From the NCBI GenBank assembly GCA_963781585.1, contig CAWAGQ010000014.1, positions 96,001 to 160,000 of the forward strand: a stretch of DNA of 64,000 bases. Direction: 5' to 3'. The position numbers and the translations under genes were made by a program. The DNA is from an uncultured Gemmatimonadaceae bacterium. GTDB taxonomy: Bacteria; Gemmatimonadota; Gemmatimonadetes; Gemmatimonadales; Gemmatimonadaceae. Shown piece by piece: positions 30,981 to 40,886 of the stretch. Below the pieces are notes generated by a model. That model was not told the origin of the DNA, ran no database searches, and saw only the letters and a program-made list of their open reading frames with translations. Within the stretch, counting starts at the first letter, position 1; the number at the start of each line of letters is the position of its first letter.

Positions 30981-32345
30981 ATGTCGGCCCCAGCAGCGCC
31001 TGCACCAGGCCACACTCTTCCGCGCCGCATCGGACTGTGGAGCGCCACCGCGGTCGTCATCGGCTCGACGATCGGATCGGGTATCTTCCGATCGCCCGCG
31101 GGCATCGCCGACCGGATTCCCGGTCCCCTGCCGCTCCTCACCATCTGGGTGCTTGGAGGCGCCTTCGCGCTTTGTGGGGCGCTCGCCCTCTCTGAGATTG
31201 CCAGCGAGATTCCGGCCACCGGCGGATTCTACGCCTTTCTTCGCGACGGCTGGGGGCGGCAATACGCCTTCCTGTTCGGCTGGAGTCAGCTGACGATCAT
31301 CCGCGCCGCATCCATCGGCGCCATCGCCATCACGTTCGCCGAGTACTTCCTCCGCGTCCTCGGCTACAACCCGTCGGTGCCGCCCATCGATCAGTACGCC
31401 CACTACGTGGCGGCCGGGGCAATCGCGCTCACCGCGGCGTTCAATATCGTGGGAGTGCGGTGGGGAGCCGGGGTGAATTCTCTTACCACGCTGGCGAAGT
31501 TCGGCGGACTCTGTTTCATCATTCTGCTGGCGCTGGCGGTCGGCCTGCCGCGCACGGGCGGACACTTTACGCCCCTGGTTCCCGCCGGGAGTGTTCGAGC
31601 GGGGGCCTTTGGTCTGGCCCTGGTGTCGGTGCTCTGGGCGTACGACGGGTGGGGCGATGTGAGCTACGTGGCGGGAGAAGTGACGAATCCGCAGCGGAAC
31701 CTCCCGCGCGCGATCATTGGGGGCACGCTCGCGGTGCTGGCTGTCTATCTTCTCGCGAACGTGGGATACATGGCCGTCCTTCCCGTGGACCAGATCCGCA
31801 CCTCGAAACTCGTCGCCGCCGACGTGGCGGAACAGCTCATCGGGCGTTCCGGCGCGGTATTCGTGGGTGTCACGGTGATGGTGTCGACTTTTGGCACGCT
31901 GAGCGCCACCCTGCTGACGAGCCCCCGCATCCTCTTTGCCATGGCTGAGGACAGGATGCTGTTTCAGTCGATTGCCAAGGTGCATCCCCGGTATCAGACA
32001 CCATACGTCTCGATCATGCTGGTGGCGATCCTGGGCGTGCTGTTCGTGCTGCTCCGCAGCTTCGAGCAGCTGGCGGATGCGTTCGTGATCGCGATGATCC
32101 CGTTCTACGCCCTCGGTATTGCGGCGGTGTACCGTCTGCGCAGACGCCCGGGCTACGCTCCCGCGTTCCGCACCCCCGGCTACCCGGTTGTTCCCGCGCT
32201 GTTCATTCTGTCGACCGCGTACCTGCTCATCAACGCGTTGATAACCCCAAGCAGTCGAGTGAGCACGCTCGTCATCTTCGCGGTCATCCTGGCCGGCCTT
32301 CCGGTGTATCGGCTCACGGTGGGGCGGCCGGCAACCGGCCGGTAG
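30981..32345 (+). CDS. APC family amino acid permease
   Basis: GSTIGSGIFRSP, WAYDGW, AGEVTNPQRNLPRA, SPRILFAMAED. Confidence 0.93.
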   Translation: MSAPAAPAPGHTLPRRIGLWSATAVVIGSTIGSGIFRSPAGIADRIPGPLPLLTIWVLGGAFALCGALALSEIASEIPATGGFYAFLRDGWGRQYAFLFGWSQLTIIRAASIGAIAITFAEYFLRVLGYNPSVPPIDQYAHYVAAGAIALTAAFNIVGVRWGAGVNSLTTLAKFGGLCFIILLALAVGLPRTGGHFTPLVPAGSVRAGAFGLALVSVLWAYDGWGDVSYVAGEVTNPQRNLPRAIIGGTLAVLAVYLLANVGYMAVLPVDQIRTSKLVAADVAEQLIGRSGAVFVGVTVMVSTFGTLSATLLTSPRILFAMAEDRMLFQSIAKVHPRYQTPYVSIMLVAILGVLFVLLRSFEQLADAFVIAMIPFYALGIAAVYRLRRRPGYAPAFRTPGYPVVPALFILSTAYLLINALITPSSRVSTLVIFAVILAGLPVYRLTVGRPATGR

Positions 32346-32358
32346 GTCGGCCGGGCGC

Positions 32359-32428
32359 CAGCTATCAGCGTTCAGCTATCAGCGCTCTGCCGTCGGCCTT
32401 CTGCTATCAGCCGATCGCTGAACACTGA
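32359..32428. repeat. Heptamer tandem array (CAGCTAT-like), about 8 units plus 2 inverted-type units
   Basis: cagctat cagcgtt cagctat cagcgct ctgccgt cggcctt ctgctat cagccga, then tcgctga acactga; starts 14 nt after the permease stop. Confidence 0.75.
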
Positions 32429-32668
32429 ATGTCGATCGCTGCAGTCTTTTCGTGACGCAGCCGCGACGCGACCACGAAGGCACGGTGCCGCGAGGATATC
32501 ATGGTTGGCTCCGGCACCCCTTGCCGTGTGAGCATGTCACGCGCGACTCGCTGTGTTCCCAGGCCAGCGTCGCCAAGGACGGACCTCCATGGCTGTCGCG
32601 TGTTGACGCGGACGATTGACCTGGAATCAACGCTCACGCCTGCCACTCACCTTCACCGGAATCTGCGT

Positions 32669-35600
32669 ATGACCCTGAGCCGTATCGTAACCATGAGCGT
32701 CGTCGCGGCGTCGCTCCTGCTTTCACTCGCTCCTTCGAGCGCGGAGGCGCAAGGGATCACCACGGGTGCCATCGGCGGCCTCGTTACCGCCGAAGACGGG
32801 AGCCCATTGGGCGGCGTGACCATCGCTGCCACCAACGTCCGAACCGGATTCACGGCCGGTGTGCTGTCGCGTGACGACGGGCGCTACTTCCTGCAGGGGC
32901 TCGAGGTGGGGATGTATCAGGTGCAGGCGCGCCGCATCGGGTTCGAATCGCAGAAGCGGGACAGTCAGTACGTGTCGTTGAGCCAGGTGCTGAAACTCGA
33001 CTTCAGGCTCACCGCGCGCCCGACGCAACTGTCGGGCGTTCGCATCCTGGCGGCGACCACCACCGAGACGTTCACGCCCACCAACACGGGCATCAAGGCG
33101 ACGGTCACCGACAGCACCATCCAGCGGATGGCGACGATTTCGCGCAACCTCGCGGACTTCAGTCGCATCGCGCCCCAGGTGTCGGCGTCCGGTCCCGGAT
33201 ACTCTGCCGGCGGCATGTCGAATCGCATGAACAATGTGCAGATCGACGGCGCCACCGAGCGCGACGTCTTCGGCCTCGGCGCGACCGGCCAGCCCGGCGC
33301 CGAAGTCAACGCCCGCTCCATTTCCCTGGAGGCAGTAAAGGAGGTGCAGGTGCTGCTTGCCCCGTACGACGTGCGGCAGGGGAATTTTGGCGGACTGCTG
33401 CTGAATGCGGTAACCAGGAGCGGTTCCAACGATCTGCACGGCACGGCCTACTATTTCTACCGCAATCAGAACTACGGCGCGAACGTGCCGGTGCTCCGGG
33501 CTACGCCATTCGATCACACCCAGTACGGGTTTTCCCTGGGCGGTCCGATCGTGAAGGACAAGCTGCACTTCTTCATGGCGCCGGAGTTCCAGACCGAGCA
33601 CTCGCCGCTGTCGGGGCCGTACCAGGGTCAGCCGTCGAGCATCACGCCGAAATTCAATTTCAGCGATGCCGACCTACAGAGCTTTCAGCAGCTGATGACG
33701 GCAAAGGGATCGAACTTCCCGGGCACCGCCGACGCGGTACAGGTACCCAATCCGCTCCGGAACTTCTTCGGCCGTCTCGATTGGCGCATCAACGACACCC
33801 ACCGCGCGGTGATCCGGTACAACTGGGACAATGGCGAGAATCCGGATCGGGCGCAGAACTTCCGCACCTCGACCACGGCCGTTCTCTCCTCGAACCTGCA
33901 CGACTTCAAGACGTTCAAGTCCGCGCCGGTGGTGCAGCTGTTCTCGAATTTCAGGAACGGCACGTTCAACGAGATGTTCCTGGGTCTGAACGTCGCGGAG
34001 AACCGCCGAACGCCATTGACGACCTTTCCGATGGTCACCATCAACACGGTGAACTTCGCCGATGGCTCGGGCACCGGAAAGTTCATCGGCGGCGCCGATC
34101 AGTTCTCGCAGGGGAACGAGCTGGATCAGAAGACGATCGAGTTCACCGACAACTACACGCTGCCGAGGGGATCGCACACGCTGGTTTTCGGAACGCGCAA
34201 CGAATACGTGAAGATCCGGAACCTGTTCACGCAGAGCTCGTTCGGCGTGTGGTCGTTCAAGAACCTCGACAGCCTCGCTGCCGGCAACGCCAACTCGTTC
34301 CGAAAGGCGATCATTCTCTCGCAAGGCGGGAATGTCGATTTCGACGCGCTGCAGAGCGCCTGGTACGCCCAGGATCAGTGGCAGGTGAGTCCGCGATTCG
34401 CGGTGACATTGGGCGCGCGGTTCGATATCTCGACCTTCCTCAAGGACGTCGCCTACAACGCGGCGATCGACCGCGCCTATGGGCGTCGCACCGACGACAT
34501 CCCCAGGCACGCGGTGCAGTTCTCGCCGCGCTTCGGGTTCAACTGGGACCTGACCGGCGATCAGCGGAACCAGATTCGCGGCGGGGTGGGCCTGTTCGTG
34601 GGAACGCCGCCTTACGTCTGGCTGGAAAACGTGTACGTCAACTCGGGCAACATCATCACGTTCCTCAACTGCAACACGTCGGGGAGTACCGCGCCGGCGC
34701 CCGCGTTCACGCTCGACGTCTCTTCCATCAGCTCGTGCGCCAATGGCCAGGGGACCAAGCCGATCGGCGACGTGAACTTCCTCGACCAGAACCTCAAGTT
34801 CCCGCAGCCAATGCGCGCCGCGCTGGGCTACGACCGCCAGCTCCCCCACGATCTCGTCTTCTCGCTGGAGGGGCTGTACTCGAAAACATTGAACCAGTTC
34901 TTCTTCGTGAACCGGAACCTCACCGCGAGCACGGGCACCGATCCGCACGGCCGGGTGCTGTACGCGGACTCGATCCGGGCCACCAACGGCGTGTCGTTCG
35001 CGTCGGTACCGGCGGCGGTCAAGACCAACGGCGGCACGGCTCGCTTCTCCACCGCCATCGACGTCATCAACCAGAGCCACGACTACGCGTGGAACCTCAC
35101 CACCAGCATTCGCAAGCGGTACTCCAATCACTGGGAGGCGTACGCGGCGTACACGTACGGCCGGGCGATGGATGCCCAGAGCTTCACGTCCAGCACCCAC
35201 ATCTCCAACTACCGGCTCGGCCGGACCTACTCCGGTGACCAGCTCGATCCGAACGAGACCATTTCGCTGTTCGATCAACGGCACAAGGTGGTCGCCAGCG
35301 GTTCGTACAGCTGGGAGTGGAAGCAGGGGTGGGGCACCGACTTCTCGCTGTTCTACCAGGGCGTGTCGGGCGCGCCGCACGACTATGTGTACAACTCGGT
35401 CTCGTCAGGCAGCGGCGATCTGAACGGCGACGGGCAGCAGGGGAACGACCTGATCTACGTGCCCAATGACGCGCACGACGTCAGCGAGATCCGGTTCAAG
35501 GACATCACCGGGACCGTGAACGGGGTGCCCAATACCGTGATCACCTCGGCCACGGCCCAGGCCGATGCGTTCGAGGGGTTCATCAGGAACTCCCCGTGCC

Positions 35601-35983
35601 TGAGCGCCCACCGGGGCACCATCCTGCCGCGCAACAGCTGTCGCCAGCCGTTCTACCACTCGCTCGACATGGCGATCCGGCAGAACATCCCGTCCCTCAA
35701 CGGGCAGCGCGTCTCGGTGCAGCTCGACATCTTCAACGTGCTCGATGCCCTCGACGTGGCGTTCCATGGCACCGACAAGCTGCGTGGCTGGGGGCAGCAG
35801 AAGGTGACCGAGGCCACCACCAACTCGAACGCGCCGATCCTCAATCACGTGGGCATGTCGTCGAGCGATCCGAAGTCGGCGGTGCCCATCTTCCAGTTCA
35901 ACACCAGGCAGAACGAGTACATCGTCGGCAACTTCGGGTCGAACTACTACCGGATGCAGGTGTCGGTCCGCTACAGCTTCTAG
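32669..35983 (+). CDS. TonB-dependent outer-membrane receptor (Oar-like, N-terminal carboxypeptidase-regulatory-like domain)
   Basis: Signal peptide ending AEA|Q, NNVQIDGA, PYDVRQGNFGG..LNAVTRSGSN, FSPRFGFNWD, C-terminal VRYSF. Confidence 0.93.
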   Translation: MTLSRIVTMSVVAASLLLSLAPSSAEAQGITTGAIGGLVTAEDGSPLGGVTIAATNVRTGFTAGVLSRDDGRYFLQGLEVGMYQVQARRIGFESQKRDSQYVSLSQVLKLDFRLTARPTQLSGVRILAATTTETFTPTNTGIKATVTDSTIQRMATISRNLADFSRIAPQVSASGPGYSAGGMSNRMNNVQIDGATERDVFGLGATGQPGAEVNARSISLEAVKEVQVLLAPYDVRQGNFGGLLLNAVTRSGSNDLHGTAYYFYRNQNYGANVPVLRATPFDHTQYGFSLGGPIVKDKLHFFMAPEFQTEHSPLSGPYQGQPSSITPKFNFSDADLQSFQQLMTAKGSNFPGTADAVQVPNPLRNFFGRLDWRINDTHRAVIRYNWDNGENPDRAQNFRTSTTAVLSSNLHDFKTFKSAPVVQLFSNFRNGTFNEMFLGLNVAENRRTPLTTFPMVTINTVNFADGSGTGKFIGGADQFSQGNELDQKTIEFTDNYTLPRGSHTLVFGTRNEYVKIRNLFTQSSFGVWSFKNLDSLAAGNANSFRKAIILSQGGNVDFDALQSAWYAQDQWQVSPRFAVTLGARFDISTFLKDVAYNAAIDRAYGRRTDDIPRHAVQFSPRFGFNWDLTGDQRNQIRGGVGLFVGTPPYVWLENVYVNSGNIITFLNCNTSGSTAPAPAFTLDVSSISSCANGQGTKPIGDVNFLDQNLKFPQPMRAALGYDRQLPHDLVFSLEGLYSKTLNQFFFVNRNLTASTGTDPHGRVLYADSIRATNGVSFASVPAAVKTNGGTARFSTAIDVINQSHDYAWNLTTSIRKRYSNHWEAYAAYTYGRAMDAQSFTSSTHISNYRLGRTYSGDQLDPNETISLFDQRHKVVASGSYSWEWKQGWGTDFSLFYQGVSGAPHDYVYNSVSSGSGDLNGDGQQGNDLIYVPNDAHDVSEIRFKDITGTVNGVPNTVITSATAQADAFEGFIRNSPCLSAHRGTILPRNSCRQPFYHSLDMAIRQNIPSLNGQRVSVQLDIFNVLDALDVAFHGTDKLRGWGQQKVTEATTNSNAPILNHVGMSSSDPKSAVPIFQFNTRQNEYIVGNFGSNYYRMQVSVRYSF

Positions 35984-36011
35984 CCGGCGAAGCGCCAGGT
36001 CGGATTGGCAG

Positions 36012-36048
36012 GAGGCCCCGGGCGAACGTCCCGGGGCCTCTCTGTTTT
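36012..36048 (+). terminator. Intrinsic terminator after the TonB receptor
   Basis: GAGGCCCCGGG-cgaacgt-CCCGGGGCCTC followed by TCTGTTTT. Confidence 0.85.
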
Positions 36049-36140
36049 CGCGACGACGGTCGACGATGCGCCGACTCCGGGTGATGGACGAGTCGTGCGG
36101 CGTGCCCGGGCGTCGTGTTTCAGTCCGCTCGTGACCGCGC

Positions 36141-37028
36141 CTAGAAGATCTTCAGGTTGATGTATTTCCTGGGATTCTTCCGGATATCGGCCGCCAGCGA
36201 ATCGAGTTGGCCCAGCAGGTGCCGCAGGTCGGTGTACGCGCCCGGATCGCGGAGCAGCAGGGCCAGCGTCCCGTTCCCGGAGTCGGCCCTCGCCAGAAGC
36301 GCGTTCGCCCGATCGGTGGTGGTCTGCATCCGGGCCGTGAGGTCGGCCAGATTGCGAGACGCCTCGCGGAGCGAGCGCACGGTGGAGTCGACCTGGGTCG
36401 AATCCACGGCGGCCACGCGACTTCGCACGGTCGCGATCGTGGTCTGCAACTCGTTTGATTGCATTCGGATCAGGTCGGTCAGTTGAGCCACCAGGCGATT
36501 CGACGTCTCGAGGACGCGGCGCACGTCCTGCAGGCCTCCCGAATCGACGAACTGGGTGCGGGCGGTGAGCGCGATGGCCGACAGGGCCATGCTCAGGGTG
36601 TCGGCGCGCTGAGTGAGCGCCTGCAGACTGGCCTGGGCCGTCGCGGTAGGCAGCGTGTCGCGCGGCGCGTAGAACGGGACGTTAGGCACGGGCGGTGGGG
36701 GCTGGAGGTTGACGGCCATGTCCCCGAAGAACCCGTTGGTCATGATCTGCGCGCTGCTGCCCCGCGGAATGTGGAACCGCTTGTTGATGCGGAGCGTCAG
36801 CAGCACCGTTCCGGCGGGGTCGAGCGCCACGTCATCGATGGAGCCGACGGTCACGCCCACCAGCCAGACCGGCTGCCCCACCTTGAGCCCCTGGCCCCAC
36901 GAGAAGCGCGCGTAGAGCGGGTACCCGGACGAGAGCCCACCGCGCACCAGCCAGATCGAGCCGACGGCGAAGATGATGACCGCCACGGTGGTGAAGATGC
37001 CCACGAGGACTTCGTCGCGCCGTTTCAT
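36141..37028 (-). CDS. mlaD: MlaD/MCE family protein
   Basis: MKRRDEVLVG, GLKVGQPVWLVGVTVGSI, helical tail, DIRKNPRKYINLKIF. Confidence 0.88.
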   Translation of the reverse strand: MKRRDEVLVGIFTTVAVIIFAVGSIWLVRGGLSSGYPLYARFSWGQGLKVGQPVWLVGVTVGSIDDVALDPAGTVLLTLRINKRFHIPRGSSAQIMTNGFFGDMAVNLQPPPPVPNVPFYAPRDTLPTATAQASLQALTQRADTLSMALSAIALTARTQFVDSGGLQDVRRVLETSNRLVAQLTDLIRMQSNELQTTIATVRSRVAAVDSTQVDSTVRSLREASRNLADLTARMQTTTDRANALLARADSGNGTLALLLRDPGAYTDLRHLLGQLDSLAADIRKNPRKYINLKIF

Positions 37029-37876
37029 CCCTGGAGTTGGGGTGCGAGGAGAACCGCGATGAACGCGTCGAGAACCAGAATCGCGACCGACGTGATCACG
37101 ACCGCCCGGGCGGTCGACCGACCGACGCCCTCGGCGCCCACATCCGCCATGAAGCCTTCGTACGAGCAGAGATAGGCGATGGCGAATCCGAAGATCGTCG
37201 CCTTCAGCAGCGAGTAGAAAATCTGGAACATGTTGAAGGACAGCCGCAATCCTTGCGAGAAGTCCTGCCAACTCACGTCGGTGGCGAAAACCGAGGTGAA
37301 GAACGCGATCCCGATCCCCACGAAGTTGGCGAACACCACCAGCAGGGGAAGCATCAGGGTACCGGCGATCAGCCGCGGCACGATCAGGTAGGCGATCGGG
37401 TCGTAGGCCAGCGTCTCGAGGGCGTCGATCTGCTCGGTCACGCGCATCGTCCCGATCTCGGCGGTCATCCGGGCGCCCACCCGGCCGGTGAGCACCAGCG
37501 AGGTGAGCAGCGGCCCCATCTCCAGGATGATCGTCTGCCGCGAGATGAGTCCCACCACCGAGAGCTGCACGCCGGTGAACAGCTGATACCGCGACTGCAG
37601 GGCGATCACCGAGCCGATGAACGCCGACACGATCCCGATCAGCGGGAACGAGTCCACCCCGATGGCCCGCATCTGATGCATCAGCTGCGGGAGAAAGGTG
37701 CGCGGCTCGGTGAACAGGGATCGCGTGGCGCTGACCAGGAACAGCACGCGCGCTCCGATCCCGCCCAGGATGTTCGGTCCCAGCCGGGACATCCGCCGGA
37801 AGAAGCGGAGCCCGGCACGCTGCACCACCGGGAACTCGCGGGTCTCCCGGTGCGAGCCGAACAGCGGTGCGGTCAC
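37025..37876 (-). CDS. mlaE: MlaE family ABC transporter permease
   Basis: EMGPLLTSLVLTGRVGARMTAEIGTMRVTEQIDALE, GAEGVGRST. Confidence 0.93.
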   Translation of the reverse strand: MTAPLFGSHRETREFPVVQRAGLRFFRRMSRLGPNILGGIGARVLFLVSATRSLFTEPRTFLPQLMHQMRAIGVDSFPLIGIVSAFIGSVIALQSRYQLFTGVQLSVVGLISRQTIILEMGPLLTSLVLTGRVGARMTAEIGTMRVTEQIDALETLAYDPIAYLIVPRLIAGTLMLPLLVVFANFVGIGIAFFTSVFATDVSWQDFSQGLRLSFNMFQIFYSLLKATIFGFAIAYLCSYEGFMADVGAEGVGRSTARAVVITSVAILVLDAFIAVLLAPQLQG

Positions 37877-38967
37877 GTGCGCACGCGCCAGAGCAGGAGC
37901 AGGCCGCCGGCGCCGAACACCGCGTTAGGCATCCAGGCCGCCAGGTTCGGGGTCAGCAGCTCGCCGGTGCCTCCGAGCGCCTTGGTCAACTGGATGAACA
38001 CGAGGAAGGCCACCGTGATGGCCAGACTCACGCCCACCCCGAACGCCGCCCCCCCGTGCTGGCTGGAGGTCGCCAGCGGCGCCCCGAACAGCGCGATGAT
38101 CAGGCAGGTGACGGGGATGGCGATCTTCAGCGCCCGCTCGACCTTCAGCTCGCGCACGTCGCTGCCCGATCGCTCGAGCGCCGTGATATACCGCCCCAGC
38201 TCCTGATAGCGCATGTCCTCCGGCAACTTCGGCGACGCCAGCAACTCGGCCGGTGACTCGGACAGGTGACGGTCGCGCAACGAGTCGAACGTCACCGCGA
38301 AATCCTGATCGCCCGCCAGAACGTGCAGCGTGCCATTGTACACGGTCCAGCCGGTCGCCGGCCGCCACACCCCGCGCGGCGCCGACGCGATCCAGGTGGG
38401 ATAGCTCGGATCGCCCTCCCGTCCCTTGCGCTCGATCTCCACCCCCTCGCCGGTAGAGGTCGGAACCATCAGCGCCGTCATCTTGTACACCCGCCCGCGC
38501 TCGGCGGCGAACGCGAAATTGGACCGCGACGTGCTGTTGGTGTACTGCGGCTCCTGCAGCAGCTCGTTGCGGCGCCGGTTGCCTAACGGGGCAACTTCGC
38601 TCAGCCCGAGCGTCAGACCCCCTGCCGCCAGCGCCAGCAGGTAGATCGGCAGCGACAGGCGGTAGAAGCTGATCCCCGACGCCTTGGCCGCCGTGATCTC
38701 CGAGTGCCGGGCCAGTGTCCCGATCGAGAACACCGCCGCGAACAACGTGGCCGCCGGCAACACCATGAACATGTTCTGCGGAATCCAGTACACATAGCTG
38801 AGCGCGATCGCCGCCGGCGCCAGATTCCGGTTCAGGTACTTGTCCAGACTGTCCGTCAGATCGATGATCGTCAGCAGCACCGGAAAGCCCAGCGCCGTGG
38901 CGATGAAGATCTTCGTGAACTCGGCGGAGACATACCGGTCGAGCGGATGAAAGAGCCGACGCAGCAC
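37873..38967 (-). CDS. lptG: LptF/LptG family LPS export permease (LptG position)
   Basis: LDRYV, LARHSEITAAKASGISFYRL, KIAIPVTCLIIALFGAPL, AAWMPN. Confidence 0.85.
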   Translation of the reverse strand: MLRRLFHPLDRYVSAEFTKIFIATALGFPVLLTIIDLTDSLDKYLNRNLAPAAIALSYVYWIPQNMFMVLPAATLFAAVFSIGTLARHSEITAAKASGISFYRLSLPIYLLALAAGGLTLGLSEVAPLGNRRRNELLQEPQYTNSTSRSNFAFAAERGRVYKMTALMVPTSTGEGVEIERKGREGDPSYPTWIASAPRGVWRPATGWTVYNGTLHVLAGDQDFAVTFDSLRDRHLSESPAELLASPKLPEDMRYQELGRYITALERSGSDVRELKVERALKIAIPVTCLIIALFGAPLATSSQHGGAAFGVGVSLAITVAFLVFIQLTKALGGTGELLTPNLAAWMPNAVFGAGGLLLLWRVRT

Positions 38968-38970
38968 GGG

Positions 38971-40677
38971 CTACGCTCCCGCCTCGTCGTCGCCCCGCAA
39001 CAGCAGACGGTGCCCCAGCCCGCGAACGATCTCGAGCATCTCGTGCAGGTCGCCTCCCCGCGCGGTCGCCGTCTCCCGGCCCATCCGCGCCAGCAGCAGA
39101 ACCCCCACGCCGGTCAACAGGATGTTCGCGCTCCACATCGCCCAGAACGGCGTCAACAGGTCCTTGTCCGACAGCGACTCCCCGGCGATCAGGCCCACGT
39201 AATAGAGGGCGAAGACGACCAGACTCACGCCGATCACCAGCCCGACGCCCCCCCGCGGAAACCGCAGGGCGATCGGTGCACCCACCAGCACGAAGACCAG
39301 GCACGCGACCGAGATCGCGATCTTCTTGTGCACCTCGACCGCGTACTGATTCGCTTCGCGGGCACTGTCGATCATCCGCGCGCGGGAGGTCTCGATGGCG
39401 GCGGCCAGGACGTACGCGGACCCGCCAGGCGGTTCACTGGGGACCGGCATCACCTCGGACGCCTGCACCACCGCCTGGGGCTGAGGTACGGCCCGGGGAG
39501 GAGGCACGGCGGTCGCGGAGTCGGACCGCGCCTTCGTGGAATCACGTCGGGTCGTGTCCTGCGCTTCCGACGCCGCCCCCTGCGCGTCCCCGGTCGTCCG
39601 CGTCCCCGTCCGATCCTCGGCTGCCGAGGCGCTCCGCACCAACGCAAGGTGTGCCGGGAGCCGGATGCGGCGGACGGCGCGCATGGCGTCGCAGTAGACG
39701 CGACCCAGCGAAAGATGCGTGGAGCGTGGCGCCGGCGTGCCGGGGAAGGACGGCGGCGACGCGGCAGCCGACATCGGCAGGGTGGCCGGCAGCCCCGTGA
39801 GGGCCGACTTCAACGCCGCATCGAGCGCTCCGCGCAGGCTCGCCTGGGCAGCGTCCCTGTCGTGTTCGCTCCGCGAGACCTCGTTCTGGAGCTCGCAGAT
39901 CGACATCTCGCGATCGCTCTTGTACGAGTCCGCCGACGTCAGGTCGAACTGATTCGCGACTCCGGCCACCCGGATGAAGTCCGTGCCGAAATGCAGCCGC
40001 TCGAGCTGCATCGGGTCCTGCTTGAGCACCGAGAACATGTAGCCGTGACGCAGGGTGAGCAGCAGGTCATCGCCGTTGGTCGCGAACGCCATGTCGCCGC
40101 TGTCGGCCACGATGGTGCGTCGGCGCAGCGGATCGCTGAGGTCATAGATCGTGACTTCGCGCAGCTGACCGCTCGCGGGATTGATGTGATTGGCGCGCAG
40201 GAAAATCCGCTGCGGCGACACCTCGTTGAGAATCTGCTCGCGCAACGCGAAGGTGGGCTTCTTCCGCGCAATGTCCCCCTGCAGCGTCCGCAGCCGGTGG
40301 TTGGCTCTGGGCAGCACGCTGTCATTGAACGCCACCATACCCACCGAGAACAGGCCCGCGGCCAACAGTACGGGGACGAGCAACCGAACCATGCTCACGC
40401 CGTTCGCCTTGAGGGCGGTAATCTCGTTTTCCGCCGCCAGCCTGCTGAAGGCGTACAGCGTGGCGACCAGCACCGACATGGGAAGCGTCATCGCCACAGT
40501 GAAGGGCACCGACAACACAAAGAACTGGCCGATGACGCTCGAGGGGAGCCCCTTGCCAACGAGGTCCCCGAAGTGCTTCGCGATGTAGTTGATCAGCAGG
40601 AGCCACGTGAGCGCGGAGAGCGAAAAGGTCAGCGGCGCCAGATGCTCTCGCAACACGTACCGGTGGATTATCTTCAC
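38971..40677 (-). CDS. lptF: LptF/LptG family LPS export permease (LptF position) with a long periplasmic insertion
   Basis: KIIHRYVLRE, LAAENEITALKANGVS, VEVHKKIAISVAC, AMWSAN. Confidence 0.85.
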   Translation of the reverse strand: MKIIHRYVLREHLAPLTFSLSALTWLLLINYIAKHFGDLVGKGLPSSVIGQFFVLSVPFTVAMTLPMSVLVATLYAFSRLAAENEITALKANGVSMVRLLVPVLLAAGLFSVGMVAFNDSVLPRANHRLRTLQGDIARKKPTFALREQILNEVSPQRIFLRANHINPASGQLREVTIYDLSDPLRRRTIVADSGDMAFATNGDDLLLTLRHGYMFSVLKQDPMQLERLHFGTDFIRVAGVANQFDLTSADSYKSDREMSICELQNEVSRSEHDRDAAQASLRGALDAALKSALTGLPATLPMSAAASPPSFPGTPAPRSTHLSLGRVYCDAMRAVRRIRLPAHLALVRSASAAEDRTGTRTTGDAQGAASEAQDTTRRDSTKARSDSATAVPPPRAVPQPQAVVQASEVMPVPSEPPGGSAYVLAAAIETSRARMIDSAREANQYAVEVHKKIAISVACLVFVLVGAPIALRFPRGGVGLVIGVSLVVFALYYVGLIAGESLSDKDLLTPFWAMWSANILLTGVGVLLLARMGRETATARGGDLHEMLEIVRGLGHRLLLRGDDEAGA

Positions 40678-40886
40678 GCTCGCGGTTGTCTCGCTGTGCG
40701 CTGGGGGAACTGGCGACGATCGGTGTCGTAGGAGGGGGGCACGTCGAGCCGTCCTGACGAGGCACGTATCCCCGGGAGTACCAGTTCCCCGGTTCGAAGG
40801 TCCGTGGAATATAAGGATTTGCCAGCGGCTCGGGTTCCCACCGGGCCCGCCGTCACCCGTCGCTGATACCCGTCCGCCGCCTTCCG

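Noticed and set aside
32429..32668. Riboswitch or sigma-54 promoter upstream of the TonB receptor
   Set aside because: No cobalamin, TPP or SAM consensus is recognisable, and the GG/GC spacing in CGGCACCCCTTGC is wrong for -24/-12.
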